Both the position numbers and the translations under genes were made by a program. Source: a virus (Duplodnaviria > Heunggongvirae > Uroviricota > Caudoviricetes). From it: 7,834 nucleotides of DNA. Of this stretch, positions 1-6,704 are shown in pieces. The notes beneath the pieces were generated by a model, which was given only the letters and a program-made list of their open reading frames with translations, was not told the origin of the DNA and did not search any database. Every line of letters starts with the position of its first letter. Position 1 is the stretch's first letter. Location: IMG/VR virus record IMGVR_UViG_2681813313_000002; one strand, written 5' to 3'.

Positions 1-1208
1 GTGTTGCCGCCGGGCGAGGGTTTGATTTCCGGTGCCTTACCACTGATGAAGGCTGAGGTGCGCCCGGCTGCGTTCAGAATAGCGGTTGCCAGACGATCCG
101 GAATAATGCTCCTGCGCGCCCATGAACTGAAATGTGTCGGGCGGTTTGATGATACCTGGTTTCCATTCGTTCTCGATGCCGCACCGTAATATCCTGATGC
201 CGGAATATCCGGATCTTCTGTCGGCGCGTTAGTGGCGGTATTGACGCCGTTACCGTCTGTCATGAAGGGTACAAAATAAACGCCATCACTCTCCCTGTTT
301 TTGTACGCCCCGTAAATGGTGTTGTACTGCGTGCCGTAGGTGTTTTTCCAGTAATACGTCGTGTCACCACAAATCCACGGCACATTTACAGCACTGCCAC
401 CATGACACTGCGCGTTAAACACAGTGAGGTCAGCACGAAACTGCTTCAGCATGGCTGTAAACAGCGCAGGTTGCTGTGCGTAGGTGGCGGCGCTCATGTC
501 AAACTCTCCCTGCATCCAGCACACCGCCAGCAACACATTTTTCGGGTTCTTCTGTAATGCAGCTTTAGTGCGCGCAATCAGGTCCTGATATAACGGTTTA
601 CCCACACCCCAGCGCGCCGAATCCTGGCTGGCCCCCGCGTCCGCACTGAATGTCCCCTCCGCGCCCTGGGTGAATGCCGAACCACCACGACAGCATGGTA
701 CCAGCAGGATCCCCGCGTTATTCGGGATATACGGAAGCAGTTTTTTGGCAATATGTAAGCCCTGGCCGACACAGCCATACTGCCCTTTGCTCAGGTCTGC
801 CTTCGGATGATTCAGCGTACTCATATCCTGCACATCATGCAGGCAGTGGTCGGCCGGAATAATATCGTTATATCTGCAGGCAGCCCCGCCCGGCGTCACT
901 GTACTGCGGCGCGCCAGCTGTTTAATGCGCGGATCCGGAGCATCGTATGAATCCGGCAGCGGAAGCCCTTCACCGTAAGCCATGGCATTGGACTGCCCGG
1001 CCAGTACGATGACGTAGTACCACTCCGGCTCAGTTGCACCACTGACGACCACATCACCTTCTGCTGCAATCGCCTGCATCAGGGTATAAGGGGTTATGGC
1101 CACCGGACTACCAAACGGCTGCCAGCCCTCTTTCAGTTTATGTGTCAGCTTTTCCGCAAGGTCTGACGGCGACGCCGCCCTGACAACATCATAATGTTTA
1201 ATCGACAT
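1..1208 (-). CDS. nanS: Prophage NanS-p-like sialate (9-O-acetyl-Neu5Ac) O-acetylesterase, N-terminal part; 3' end lies beyond the left window edge
   Basis: Minus-strand frame open from ATG at 1208..1206 to position 1 with no stop. SD GGGAG about 9 nt upstream. Translation begins MSIKHYDVVRAASPSDLAEKLTHKLKEGWQPFGSPVAITPYTLMQAIAAEGD, then the esterase-domain block EWYYVIVLAGQSNAMAYGEGLPLPD...LVPCCRGGSAF...CWMQGEFD...WICGDTTYYWK. This is collinear with E. coli NanS/YjhS as I recall it, including the GQSN motif. The ORF track omits it because its stop is outside the window. Confidence 0.85.
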   Translation of the reverse strand, partial: MSIKHYDVVRAASPSDLAEKLTHKLKEGWQPFGSPVAITPYTLMQAIAAEGDVVVSGATEPEWYYVIVLAGQSNAMAYGEGLPLPDSYDAPDPRIKQLARRSTVTPGGAACRYNDIIPADHCLHDVQDMSTLNHPKADLSKGQYGCVGQGLHIAKKLLPYIPNNAGILLVPCCRGGSAFTQGAEGTFSADAGASQDSARWGVGKPLYQDLIARTKAALQKNPKNVLLAVCWMQGEFDMSAATYAQQPALFTAMLKQFRADLTVFNAQCHGGSAVNVPWICGDTTYYWKNTYGTQYNTIYGAYKNRESDGVYFVPFMTDGNGVNTATNAPTEDPDIPASGYYGAASRTNGNQVSSNRPTHFSSWARRSIIPDRLATAILNAAGRTSAFISGKAPEIKPSPGGN

Positions 1209-1292
1209 CGAATTTCTCCCGTGTACAGGAACAGAGTTAAAAAGCCGGAACCGGAATCAAATTACAGGATGGCCATCTGCCAGTGGCAGGTC

Positions 1293-1321
1293 ATAAAAAA
1301 AAGGCCGCGCCATGCGCAGCC
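1293..1321 (-). terminator. Rho-independent terminator (minus strand) between the cargo region and nanS
   Basis: On the minus strand GGCTGCGCatgGCGCGGCC forms an about 8-bp GC-rich stem with a 3-nt loop, followed directly by TTTTTTTT (plus-strand A-run 1295..1302). On the plus strand the A-run precedes the hairpin, so it is strand-specific. Confidence 0.7.
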
Positions 1322-1507
1322 AGAACTCACAAGGAAAATGATAGAAGGAAATAACATTAGTGATGTACGCATGGCGCCTCCCGCTAAGTTCTGCAATGAT
1401 CAAACAGAACTCGCTACGTGCCCTTAAAACTCGATCATTTAGCCCCTCCAAGGAGGATTCACCATGCGGTTGATTTTTTAATAAACAGTAAACAAAAAAG
1501 TCAAGGA

Positions 1508-1618
1508 TTATTCATTCTGTTTTTTCATCATCGGCCACAGCAATACCACAATGCCGCAGACCAGAGCGCCATCAGTCAGTACCAACATTATCCTGCTGGT
1601 GAAATCCATCATCACCAT
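1508..1618 (-). CDS. Candidate small hydrophobic peptide (36 aa from ATG; up to about 50 aa from an upstream TTG); speculative
   Basis: Minus-strand ORF MVMMDFTSRIMLVLTDGALVCGIVVLLWPMMKKQNE between the membrane-protein gene and the terminator at 1293..1321. No convincing SD. The region is partly low-complexity (CAT/CAC repeats). Confidence 0.2.
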   Translation of the reverse strand: MVMMDFTSRIMLVLTDGALVCGIVVLLWPMMKKQNE

Positions 1619-1751
1619 CACTAAAAGCAGGATCACAACAGCAAGCAGACACAGTTTATAAAACAATGTTCAGAAAACGCATTCAGCATGCCTAAGGTTC
1701 TATTCCTACGAATAGCCAACTTGCAACTTAAAATATTATTTATGCAGCCAA

Positions 1752-2510
1752 TTAAATTCTGGTCCTTACAATATCAACCTGAAGATTCTTATCTTGTGCT
1801 GATTGATAAATGACAAACCTTTTACTACCTGCATTGAAAGAAGTAGACAAAACCAGACAATTATCATAACGAGCAAGAACATAATACCAACCATCATTAT
1901 AATTAATCATTTCATATTCTTTCTTAAACTGTGGTTTGTAATATCCTGTCAGAAATGAAAAAAGCCAGAAATATGCCACAAAAGCAATCATCACAATCTC
2001 AAAAAAATGTTTTTTTATAAATGGCTTATCATAGAAGCATGATACCGATAAAAATCGCCCATAAGATCTTATCGAAATTGTAACCGCCAGCGCAATCGCT
2101 GCTGACAGTAGCAAAAGAGGTACCTGAATCTTCTGTCTCAATATAGAAAACTCAATAATTGCCGGCACAAACAATAATTCCACAGCAAAATAAAGGCGAA
2201 ATACATTTAGCTCTTGCATAGAATGTTTTCTTTTCACTGCGAAAAAGAATACAACACCAATACCCCAACCGATAAGAAATATAGCAATGACGATAACTGC
2301 AAAAAATAAACTTCTGGCAACATCATCAACACCTGCACCTACAATCCACCATGGGAAGCCGTAGTAAAAAGAAGTACCCCATCCATAGAAATAAGCACTC
2401 CCCCATCCAAGGCATCCCATGTAGGCAATAAAAAGTGAAGAACTCCTGAGCAGCGCACCATCCTTCATAACCACCCCAATACAAGATGATAACATTGGCT
2501 TACAACTCAT
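1752..2510 (-). CDS. Polytopic inner-membrane protein of unknown function (about 5 predicted TM helices plus an about 60-aa Tyr/Trp/Asn-rich C-terminal tail); AT-rich cargo gene
   Basis: 252-codon ORF, the only long ORF in the interval. Hydrophobic stretches read from the translation: LFIAYMGCLGWGSAYFYGW, LFFAVIVIAIFLIGWGIGVVFFFAV, LYFAVELLFVPAIIEFSIL, VPLLLLSAAIALAVTISI, FFEIVMIAFVAYFWLFSFL. Marked drop in G+C relative to flanking phage genes. No SD before the ATG at 2510; the in-frame ATG at 2468 (MKDGALL...) is preceded by GGGGTGG, so the true start may be 2468. I do not recognise the family. Confidence 0.6.
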   Translation of the reverse strand: MSCKPMLSSCIGVVMKDGALLRSSSLFIAYMGCLGWGSAYFYGWGTSFYYGFPWWIVGAGVDDVARSLFFAVIVIAIFLIGWGIGVVFFFAVKRKHSMQELNVFRLYFAVELLFVPAIIEFSILRQKIQVPLLLLSAAIALAVTISIRSYGRFLSVSCFYDKPFIKKHFFEIVMIAFVAYFWLFSFLTGYYKPQFKKEYEMINYNDGWYYVLARYDNCLVLSTSFNAGSKRFVIYQSAQDKNLQVDIVRTRI

Positions 2511-2659
2511 AACAAAAGCAATTCAATGCCGTCAAGAGGTTACAGGCTAAAAAAACTCTATTACATTGCAGTCAGCATGTTTACTACACAAATACAATTC
2601 AGAGCATAAAAACTACTCGGCGGCAGGTTATTGAGACTCATCAATGACATGTAAAAAAC

Positions 2660-2705
2660 GCCCATTATTGATGTCAAGTTTCCCCAAAGTTATTCAAAAA
2701 GTCAA
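2660..2705 (-). promoter_or_regulatory. Late promoter pR' with qut / sigma70 pause-inducing element (lambda-like)
   Basis: Minus strand reads ATTGCCACGGATGGCAACATATTAACGGCA-TAATATTGACTTTTTGAATAACTTTGGGGAAACTTGACATCAATAATGGG. This is nearly collinear with the lambda Q-to-pR' interval as I recall it (TTGACT -35, 17-bp spacer, -10 at the TAAATT position, then a -10-like AATAAT element in the initial transcribed region). It starts about 45 bp downstream of the Q stop. Confidence 0.7.
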
Positions 2706-2747
2706 TATTATGCCGTTAATATGTTGCCATCCGTGGCAATCATGGCG

Positions 2748-3371
2748 CTAACGTGTGATCGCATTCAAAATGTTGTCTGCGATTGACTCTTCCTTGTGGC
2801 ATTGCACAACCAGAGCGTCATACAGCGGCTTAACAGTGCGTGACCAGGTGGGTTGGGTAAGGTTTGGGATTAGCATCGTCACAGCGCGATATGCGGCGCT
2901 TGCTGGCATTCTTGAATAACCGACGCCTTTACATCTTCCGCACTCTTTCTCAGCAACTATCCCCCACTGCTCTGTTTTGGCTATATCAACCGCACGGCCT
3001 GTACCGTGGCAATCTCTGCATCTTGCGCCCGGCGTAGCAGCACTACGGCAATAATCCGCATAAGCGAATGTTGCGAGCACTTGCAGTACCTTTGCCTTAG
3101 TATTTCCTTCGAGCTTTGCCACACCACGGTATTTCCCCGATACCTTGTGTGCAAATTGCATCAGATAGTTGATAGCCTTTTGTTTGTCGTTCTGGCTGAG
3201 TTCATGCTTACCGCAGAATGCAGCCATTCCGAATCCGGCTTGTGATTGCGCCATCCCCATAGCAGCCATCACATCAGTACCGGAAAGAGAGTCAGAAGCC
3301 GTAGCCCGTGGTGAGTCGCTCATCATCGGGCTTTTTGGCGAATGAAATTTAGCTACGCTTTCGAGTCTCAT
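2748..3371 (-). CDS. Q: Late-gene antiterminator Q (lambda-type Q)
   Basis: 207 aa. Translation MRLESVAKFHSPKSPMMSDSPRATASDS...CRDCHGTGRAVD...CGRCKGVGYSRMPASAAYRAV... matches lambda Q almost residue for residue from memory, including the Cys-rich zinc-binding motifs. ATGA overlap with ninH upstream. pR'/qut follows. Confidence 0.93.
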   Translation of the reverse strand: MRLESVAKFHSPKSPMMSDSPRATASDSLSGTDVMAAMGMAQSQAGFGMAAFCGKHELSQNDKQKAINYLMQFAHKVSGKYRGVAKLEGNTKAKVLQVLATFAYADYCRSAATPGARCRDCHGTGRAVDIAKTEQWGIVAEKECGRCKGVGYSRMPASAAYRAVTMLIPNLTQPTWSRTVKPLYDALVVQCHKEESIADNILNAITR

Positions 3372-3556
3372 CGTCTTCCCTTTTTGCCTGGCGTTACCAT
3401 CAGGACGCCGTTAACTATTACGTGACGCTCACCTTTGCTGTCTCGGTTGTACTTGAGCACTGTTCCTCTTGCGCAGGAAAGTATCCTTGCCACTTCGGTC
3501 TGATTACCTCGTGTCTGGATAAGAAGCTCTGGTATCGTTTGAATTGTGGCGTTCAT
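3368..3556 (-). CDS. ninH: NinH-like small DNA-binding protein
   Basis: 62 aa. IQTIPELLIQTRGNQTEVARILSCARGTVLKYNRDSKGERHVIVNGVLMV is collinear with lambda NinH (…KTIPDMLVEAYGNQTEVARRLKCSRGTVRKY…AIVNDVLMV). Start overlaps the rusA stop (ATGA). Confidence 0.85.
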   Translation of the reverse strand: MNATIQTIPELLIQTRGNQTEVARILSCARGTVLKYNRDSKGERHVIVNGVLMVTPGKKGRR

Positions 3557-3915
3557 ACGTTCTCCAGTTCGGTGATTTTTATTCCAAGCCGTCCGCCTGG
3601 TACTTTCACACCACGAATTACGCGAATGTCATCGAATTGCTCGTCGTCTTCCGCAAATCCGGCGTGGATAAGGGAGTCGAGTAAACCTTTCAGGATGTTA
3701 TCGAGGTCGCGGCGGCGGGAGTCTGGAACGTCTGCTATGACTTTGATGCGGAGTCGTGATTTGGTGAAAATATCTAACTTGAGTTGGTGGATGATTTGCT
3801 GAACGTCTTTTCGGTATTTCTGGCCTTTATCGCTGATGTAGTATTGGCTTCCCCGTCTTCGCCAGTAGGTATTCACCGACGGCGGGTATGGAAGCACAAA
3901 CTGATATTCGTTCAT
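3553..3915 (-). CDS. rusA: Holliday-junction resolvase RusA
   Basis: 120 aa. LPYPPSVNTYWRRRG, DVPDSRRRDLDNILKGLLDSLIHAGF and PGGRLGIKITE match the RusA family (E. coli RusA has …LPWPPSNNRYY…PDRRRRDLDNLQKA…KGGRL…). Coupled by ATGA overlap to the upstream gene. Confidence 0.9.
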   Translation of the reverse strand: MNEYQFVLPYPPSVNTYWRRRGSQYYISDKGQKYRKDVQQIIHQLKLDIFTKSRLRIKVIADVPDSRRRDLDNILKGLLDSLIHAGFAEDDEQFDDIRVIRGVKVPGGRLGIKITELENV

Positions 3916-4202
3916 GACTTAATCTTCCCCTCCTTCAGCAGTATCGCCTGCGTCCTGATTACGCCTTCGAGGTGGTAAAGTCTGGCGTCTTTGTTGTCGA
4001 GATTATGGGTGCGTCTGTCGATTTCATCGTGACACGCGCTACAAGCCCATGCGCCGATCAGGTCTTCAGGCTTCATTCCAGTTCCGCAAATTCCAGCCAT
4101 CCGGTAATGTGCCAGAACTGTAGTTTCAGGATTGCCATTGCATATGCCGTAAATACGAACCTGGCATTCTCTGCCGCGTGCTTCTTTGCGTAGGTTAGCC
4201 AT
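3912..4202 (-). CDS. ybcO: YbcO-like DUF1364 family protein (putative Zn-binding nuclease of the nin region)
   Basis: 96 aa with the cysteine pattern CQVR…CNGNPETTVLAH…CGTGMKP…CSACHDEIDRRTH, as remembered for DLP12 YbcO. Start and upstream stop overlap as TAATG. Confidence 0.7.
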   Translation of the reverse strand: MANLRKEARGRECQVRIYGICNGNPETTVLAHYRMAGICGTGMKPEDLIGAWACSACHDEIDRRTHNLDNKDARLYHLEGVIRTQAILLKEGKIKS

Positions 4203-4909
4203 TAAGCAGCCTCCCCTGTTACTTTCAGCATTCCGTTATCGAGCAGCTTTCTGGTCAGCCACTGTTGACCACGCCCGGTGATTTTTGTGGTGAACGATAT
4301 CTGTATTCCGTGATTTGTGTTGACCGCTGTTTCTTTCACTGTGAAATAGCCGCGCTCCATATATTCCTGCATTGGCACATTTCGCCGGGAACCTGAAGCA
4401 ATAAGGATTTTGTGATCACGCATCCACGCAAACAGTTTGTTTGGACCAATACCAACAACCTTTGCATAGTTTCCAATCAAAATTCCGCTGGCCTCGCCAA
4501 CGCGATCGGCAAACTCAACTTTAGGTGCGGCAATTGCGAGCTGGTTTTCTAGTTGCATTTTCTGCTCAGCAAGATCAGCAGCAAGGCGTAACGCTTCTGG
4601 TAGCGTTTTTGGGATATTAACCGCAGCTTCTTCAAGCTCTCGCCAACGGTCAACAAGACGAGCGGTGAATTCCGGCGACAACTGGGCAACGACAATAATG
4701 CTGTCGCGCTTACCTTGTTCTCCTTCGAAGATGTAATAGCTTACCGGTCGGCCTGCGGTGGGCTTCTCCCCCATTGGGGGAAAAGCTATTACACCTCGTC
4801 CCGCCAGTCGTTCAATAGATTGTTTCACCTTGTCATGACGACTTCCCACCAACTCAGCGATTTCAATGCTGGTCATTTTGATGGCGTTGCTATTTATCAG
4901 CTCATTCAT
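4202..4909 (-). CDS. roi: Roi-like phage regulatory protein / antirepressor (Rha-type N-terminal domain + KilA-C/ANT C-terminal domain)
   Basis: N-terminus IKMTSIEIAELVGSRHDKVKQSIERL resembles the Rha/pRha family. C-terminal half (…YAKVVGIGPNKLFAWMRDHKIL…GYF…) resembles the KilA-C/ANT domain. Position between ninB and Q matches roi in HK022-like phages. The ORF starts at 4915, but GAGAGG sits 8 nt before the second ATG at 4909, which is the more likely start. Confidence 0.7.
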   Translation of the reverse strand: MNELINSNAIKMTSIEIAELVGSRHDKVKQSIERLAGRGVIAFPPMGEKPTAGRPVSYYIFEGEQGKRDSIIVVAQLSPEFTARLVDRWRELEEAAVNIPKTLPEALRLAADLAEQKMQLENQLAIAAPKVEFADRVGEASGILIGNYAKVVGIGPNKLFAWMRDHKILIASGSRRNVPMQEYMERGYFTVKETAVNTNHGIQISFTTKITGRGQQWLTRKLLDNGMLKVTGEAA

Positions 4910-4942
4910 TGTCATGTCCTCTCATATTGAAAATTCAGCAAT

Positions 4943-4970
4943 AAAAAACCCAGCCGAAGCTGGGTTTGTT
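4943..4970 (-). terminator. Rho-independent terminator (hairpin with U-tract on the minus strand; weaker in the plus direction)
   Basis: CCCAGC-cgaa-GCTGGG stem at 4949..4964, flanked by an A-run (4943..4948) on one side and TTTGTT on the other. Lies between the 355-aa gene and the roi-like gene. Confidence 0.6.
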
Positions 4971-5032
4971 AAGTTGTCAATGGTCAGTAGTAATGCAGTG
5001 AAGGAGGTAAACTTACGCTGAAGGATTTGTAC

Positions 5033-5055
5033 AAAAAAACCACCTGAAGGTGGGT
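5033..5055 (-). terminator. Rho-independent terminator immediately 3' of the 355-aa gene
   Basis: Minus strand: CCACC-ttca-GGTGG hairpin followed by TTTTTTT, beginning 6 nt after the stop codon at 5061..5063. Confidence 0.65.
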
Positions 5056-5060
5056 TACTG

Positions 5061-6074
5061 TTACTTGTCTGAATCATCCAGTTCGTCTGTTTTCACATCC
5101 TCAAACCTTGGATGCAGGCGATTCATTTTTGCAATAAAATCTGAATAGTCGTTAGATAGCTTCATAATCGTAACGGTTGATGACAGATGCTCTCTTAATT
5201 TTTGATATCCAATATTTGGCGTCAGCCCCTGAAACAACTTTGTACCTTTTGAGGCCTTTACGTTCTGCTTTTTAAGCTCCTCAAGGATGTTTGGTGCCAA
5301 TCTCTTGTAGACGATATCATTTGTCAAAACGCCAAAATACTGAGGCCGGAAGCGGGGATTTTCCGGCGGGTATTCTAAGCCCCTTAACCTGAAAAGCTCT
5401 TCATAATAATCAGCAGGAAATGTTGTAATATAAGGTTGAATTTCCTTTGCGACAAAGGCCTCGAGTATTTTGGCGAGCGCATCTTTTTCTCTATCTCGCT
5501 GGTACCCCGTCGCTTCATCAACAAGCGCTATTATTCCGACTTTAGCTAATGAGCGCACCAGAATTTCAGCTTTCTTGGCTGTCTCTAACTGGTTTGGCCT
5601 GGTGATAGCGCCTGCCTCTCTTGCCTTTAAATAAACATCGCAGACAAGAGGTATTATGGATGCGTCATAACCTTCCTGGACGGAGCCAGTAATCGTCTTG
5701 TATTTGACCTTATTGATCACATCCATAACATCTTGATTTATATATTTTTTAAGGTTTGCAGCATCCATAAAAGCGGGCATATTGATCACCCCCTCTTCTT
5801 GAGGTGCTCTACCCCCTCTTTGTGGTCGGCCAAATGCTTTAAAAACAGAAGCTTGTGATATGATACGCCGTCCATTTTCGAGAACCGCGACATCTAATTC
5901 CGCATCACCGATCTTTAACTTTCCCTCATTCGCAGATACGGGCAATAAAGCTTTTTCTTTTTTTGCGGCAACAGCCTTTCTTGAGGATTCTTTTCTTTGC
6001 TCTGCTGTCATTTTTGCCGCGCGTGCCTTACCGCCTTTGGCCTTCCCACTAACATCATCATTTTTCATGAGCAT
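5061..6074 (-). CDS. Phage cargo protein, tentatively P63C-domain family, with a Lys/Ala-rich basic N-terminal tail; function unknown
   Basis: Long ORF whose body (…GRRIISQASVFKAFGRPQRGG…GIIALVDEATGYQRDRE…) recalls P63C-domain phage proteins; this is from memory, not a search. N-terminus KAKGGKARAAKMTAEQRKESSRKAVAAKKEKA is strongly basic. The ORF-track start at 6128 is rejected because 6100..6128 is a promoter/operator; translation probably starts at ATG 6074 (MLMKNDD) or 6068 (MKNDD). Confidence 0.6.
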   Translation of the reverse strand: MLMKNDDVSGKAKGGKARAAKMTAEQRKESSRKAVAAKKEKALLPVSANEGKLKIGDAELDVAVLENGRRIISQASVFKAFGRPQRGGRAPQEEGVINMPAFMDAANLKKYINQDVMDVINKVKYKTITGSVQEGYDASIIPLVCDVYLKAREAGAITRPNQLETAKKAEILVRSLAKVGIIALVDEATGYQRDREKDALAKILEAFVAKEIQPYITTFPADYYEELFRLRGLEYPPENPRFRPQYFGVLTNDIVYKRLAPNILEELKKQNVKASKGTKLFQGLTPNIGYQKLREHLSSTVTIMKLSNDYSDFIAKMNRLHPRFEDVKTDELDDSDK

Positions 6075-6099
6075 ATCTCGTGTTGTGATTGATAAGTCA

Positions 6100-6145
6100 A
6101 TCATACACATGCACGTTGTAACGTGCAATATTTAAATATGCACGT
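6100..6145 (-). promoter_or_regulatory. Sigma70-type promoter (TTGCAC-17 bp-TATGAT) overlapped by three copies of a 7-bp TGCACGT/ACGTGCA operator-like motif
   Basis: Minus strand: -35 TTGCAC (plus 6128..6123), a 17-bp spacer, -10 TATGAT (plus 6105..6100). TGCACGT occurs at 6110..6116 and 6139..6145 and its reverse complement ACGTGCA at 6121..6127. Sites 1 and 2 form a perfect 8-bp-arm inverted repeat, TGCACGTT-gt-AACGTGCA, covering the -35 and spacer. Confidence 0.55.
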
Positions 6146-6291
6146 AAATTGCGAATCAGATAATGAGGAGACTTTCTCCCCCTTGCACTGACATCATGGT
6201 ATTCTGCTCAAAACTAAATTTCTGGAGCGTTTCGTTGGAAGGTATTTGCAGTTTTCGCAGATTATGTCGGTGATGCTTCGTCGCTGTCGTC

Positions 6292-6702
6292 TCATTCGTA
6301 CCTCCTGTCGGTAAATCTGACACCCTGACCAATAGCCCAGGCTGTTGTGTACTCGATCAGACTTGCCATACGCTTCACGCTCATCTGCGCGCTGCTTTCG
6401 CGAATGTTGACGTATTCGCCTTCAAGCCCGGGCAAAACATCAGCTTCCTGCTTTGTTGCCACTGCATGACCGCTAATCAACAAAACCTTCCATTGTTCTG
6501 GTTTTAACCACTTATCGCACCATTGAACCTGACGTGCGATATCCGCCAGCATCGCGTGAAATTTTGCGTTCTGGTCAAGGTTGCGCTTGTAGTCAGTAAT
6601 GCGGATGGTGACTGGCTTGTCTTTATCGAGAGGAGTTGCGAGGATGGCGTTGATTGCGGCTTGCTGTTGTTGCTTAGTTCGGAGGAAGATTGTTTGCTTC
6701 AT
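6292..6702 (-). CDS. ninB: NinB (Orf-family recombination mediator)
   Basis: 136 aa. Architecture MK…QQQAAINAI…[33 protein letters not shown]…WLKPEQWK… parallels lambda NinB (…RSLDQNRKLWACLGDVSRQVEWHGRWLDAESWK…). AAGGAG SD 7 nt upstream of the ATG. Confidence 0.85.
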   Translation of the reverse strand: MKQTIFLRTKQQQQAAINAILATPLDKDKPVTIRITDYKRNLDQNAKFHAMLADIARQVQWCDKWLKPEQWKVLLISGHAVATKQEADVLPGLEGEYVNIRESSAQMSVKRMASLIEYTTAWAIGQGVRFTDRRYE

Positions 6703-6704
6703 CG

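Noticed and set aside
578-862. Short ORFs 578..778 (-) and 674..862 (+) inside the esterase gene
   Set aside because: Both are out of frame with, or antisense to, the long NanS-like reading frame that spans the whole interval.
1257-1451. 64-aa minus-strand ORF (TTG start) upstream of nanS
   Set aside because: It reads straight through the terminator hairpin and U-tract at 1293..1321, has no SD, and its sequence has no protein-like features.
1450-1481. Consensus Shine-Dalgarno AAGGAGGA followed 7 nt later by a 5-codon mini-ORF (ATG CGG TTG ATT TTT TAA) on the plus strand, within the palindrome CCTCCAAGGAGG
   Set aside because: It could be a leader peptide, but it is on the strand opposite to all genes, has no downstream gene to regulate, and the SD is half of a palindrome; a similar orphan AAGGAGGT at 5002..5009 also has no ORF. 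Recorded but not called.
1418-1624. 68-aa plus-strand ORF ending in a His run (EIHHHHH)
   Set aside because: It lies antisense to the direction of all supported genes, and the His run is the translation of a CAT/CAC simple repeat; treated as a low-complexity artefact.
2645-2676. Inverted repeat TGACAT…ATGTCA downstream of the pR' -10, as a possible tR'-like terminator
   Set aside because: The 6-bp arms are separated by a 20-nt loop and the U-run lies inside the loop rather than after the stem; more likely part of the qut/initial transcribed region than a terminator.
1209-2747. tRNA genes, which often accompany the Q-to-stx interval in Stx phages
   Set aside because: Looked on both strands for T-loop-like GTTCGAATC/GGTTCRANYC signatures and cloverleaf-sized GC-rich blocks in the non-coding stretches and found none; a proper tRNA scan could still disagree.
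3006-3802. Plus-strand ORFs 3006..3245 and 3422..3802 overlapping Q, ninH and rusA
   Set aside because: Antisense shadows of confidently identified minus-strand genes; no SD and no recognisable protein features.
6075-6128. ORF-track start of the 355-aa protein at 6128 (MHVTTCMCMIDLSITTRD…)
   Set aside because: These codons are the translation of the TGCACGT/ACGTGCA repeats and of the TTGCAC-17-TATGAT promoter itself; a start downstream of the -10 (ATG at 6074 or 6068) is far more plausible.
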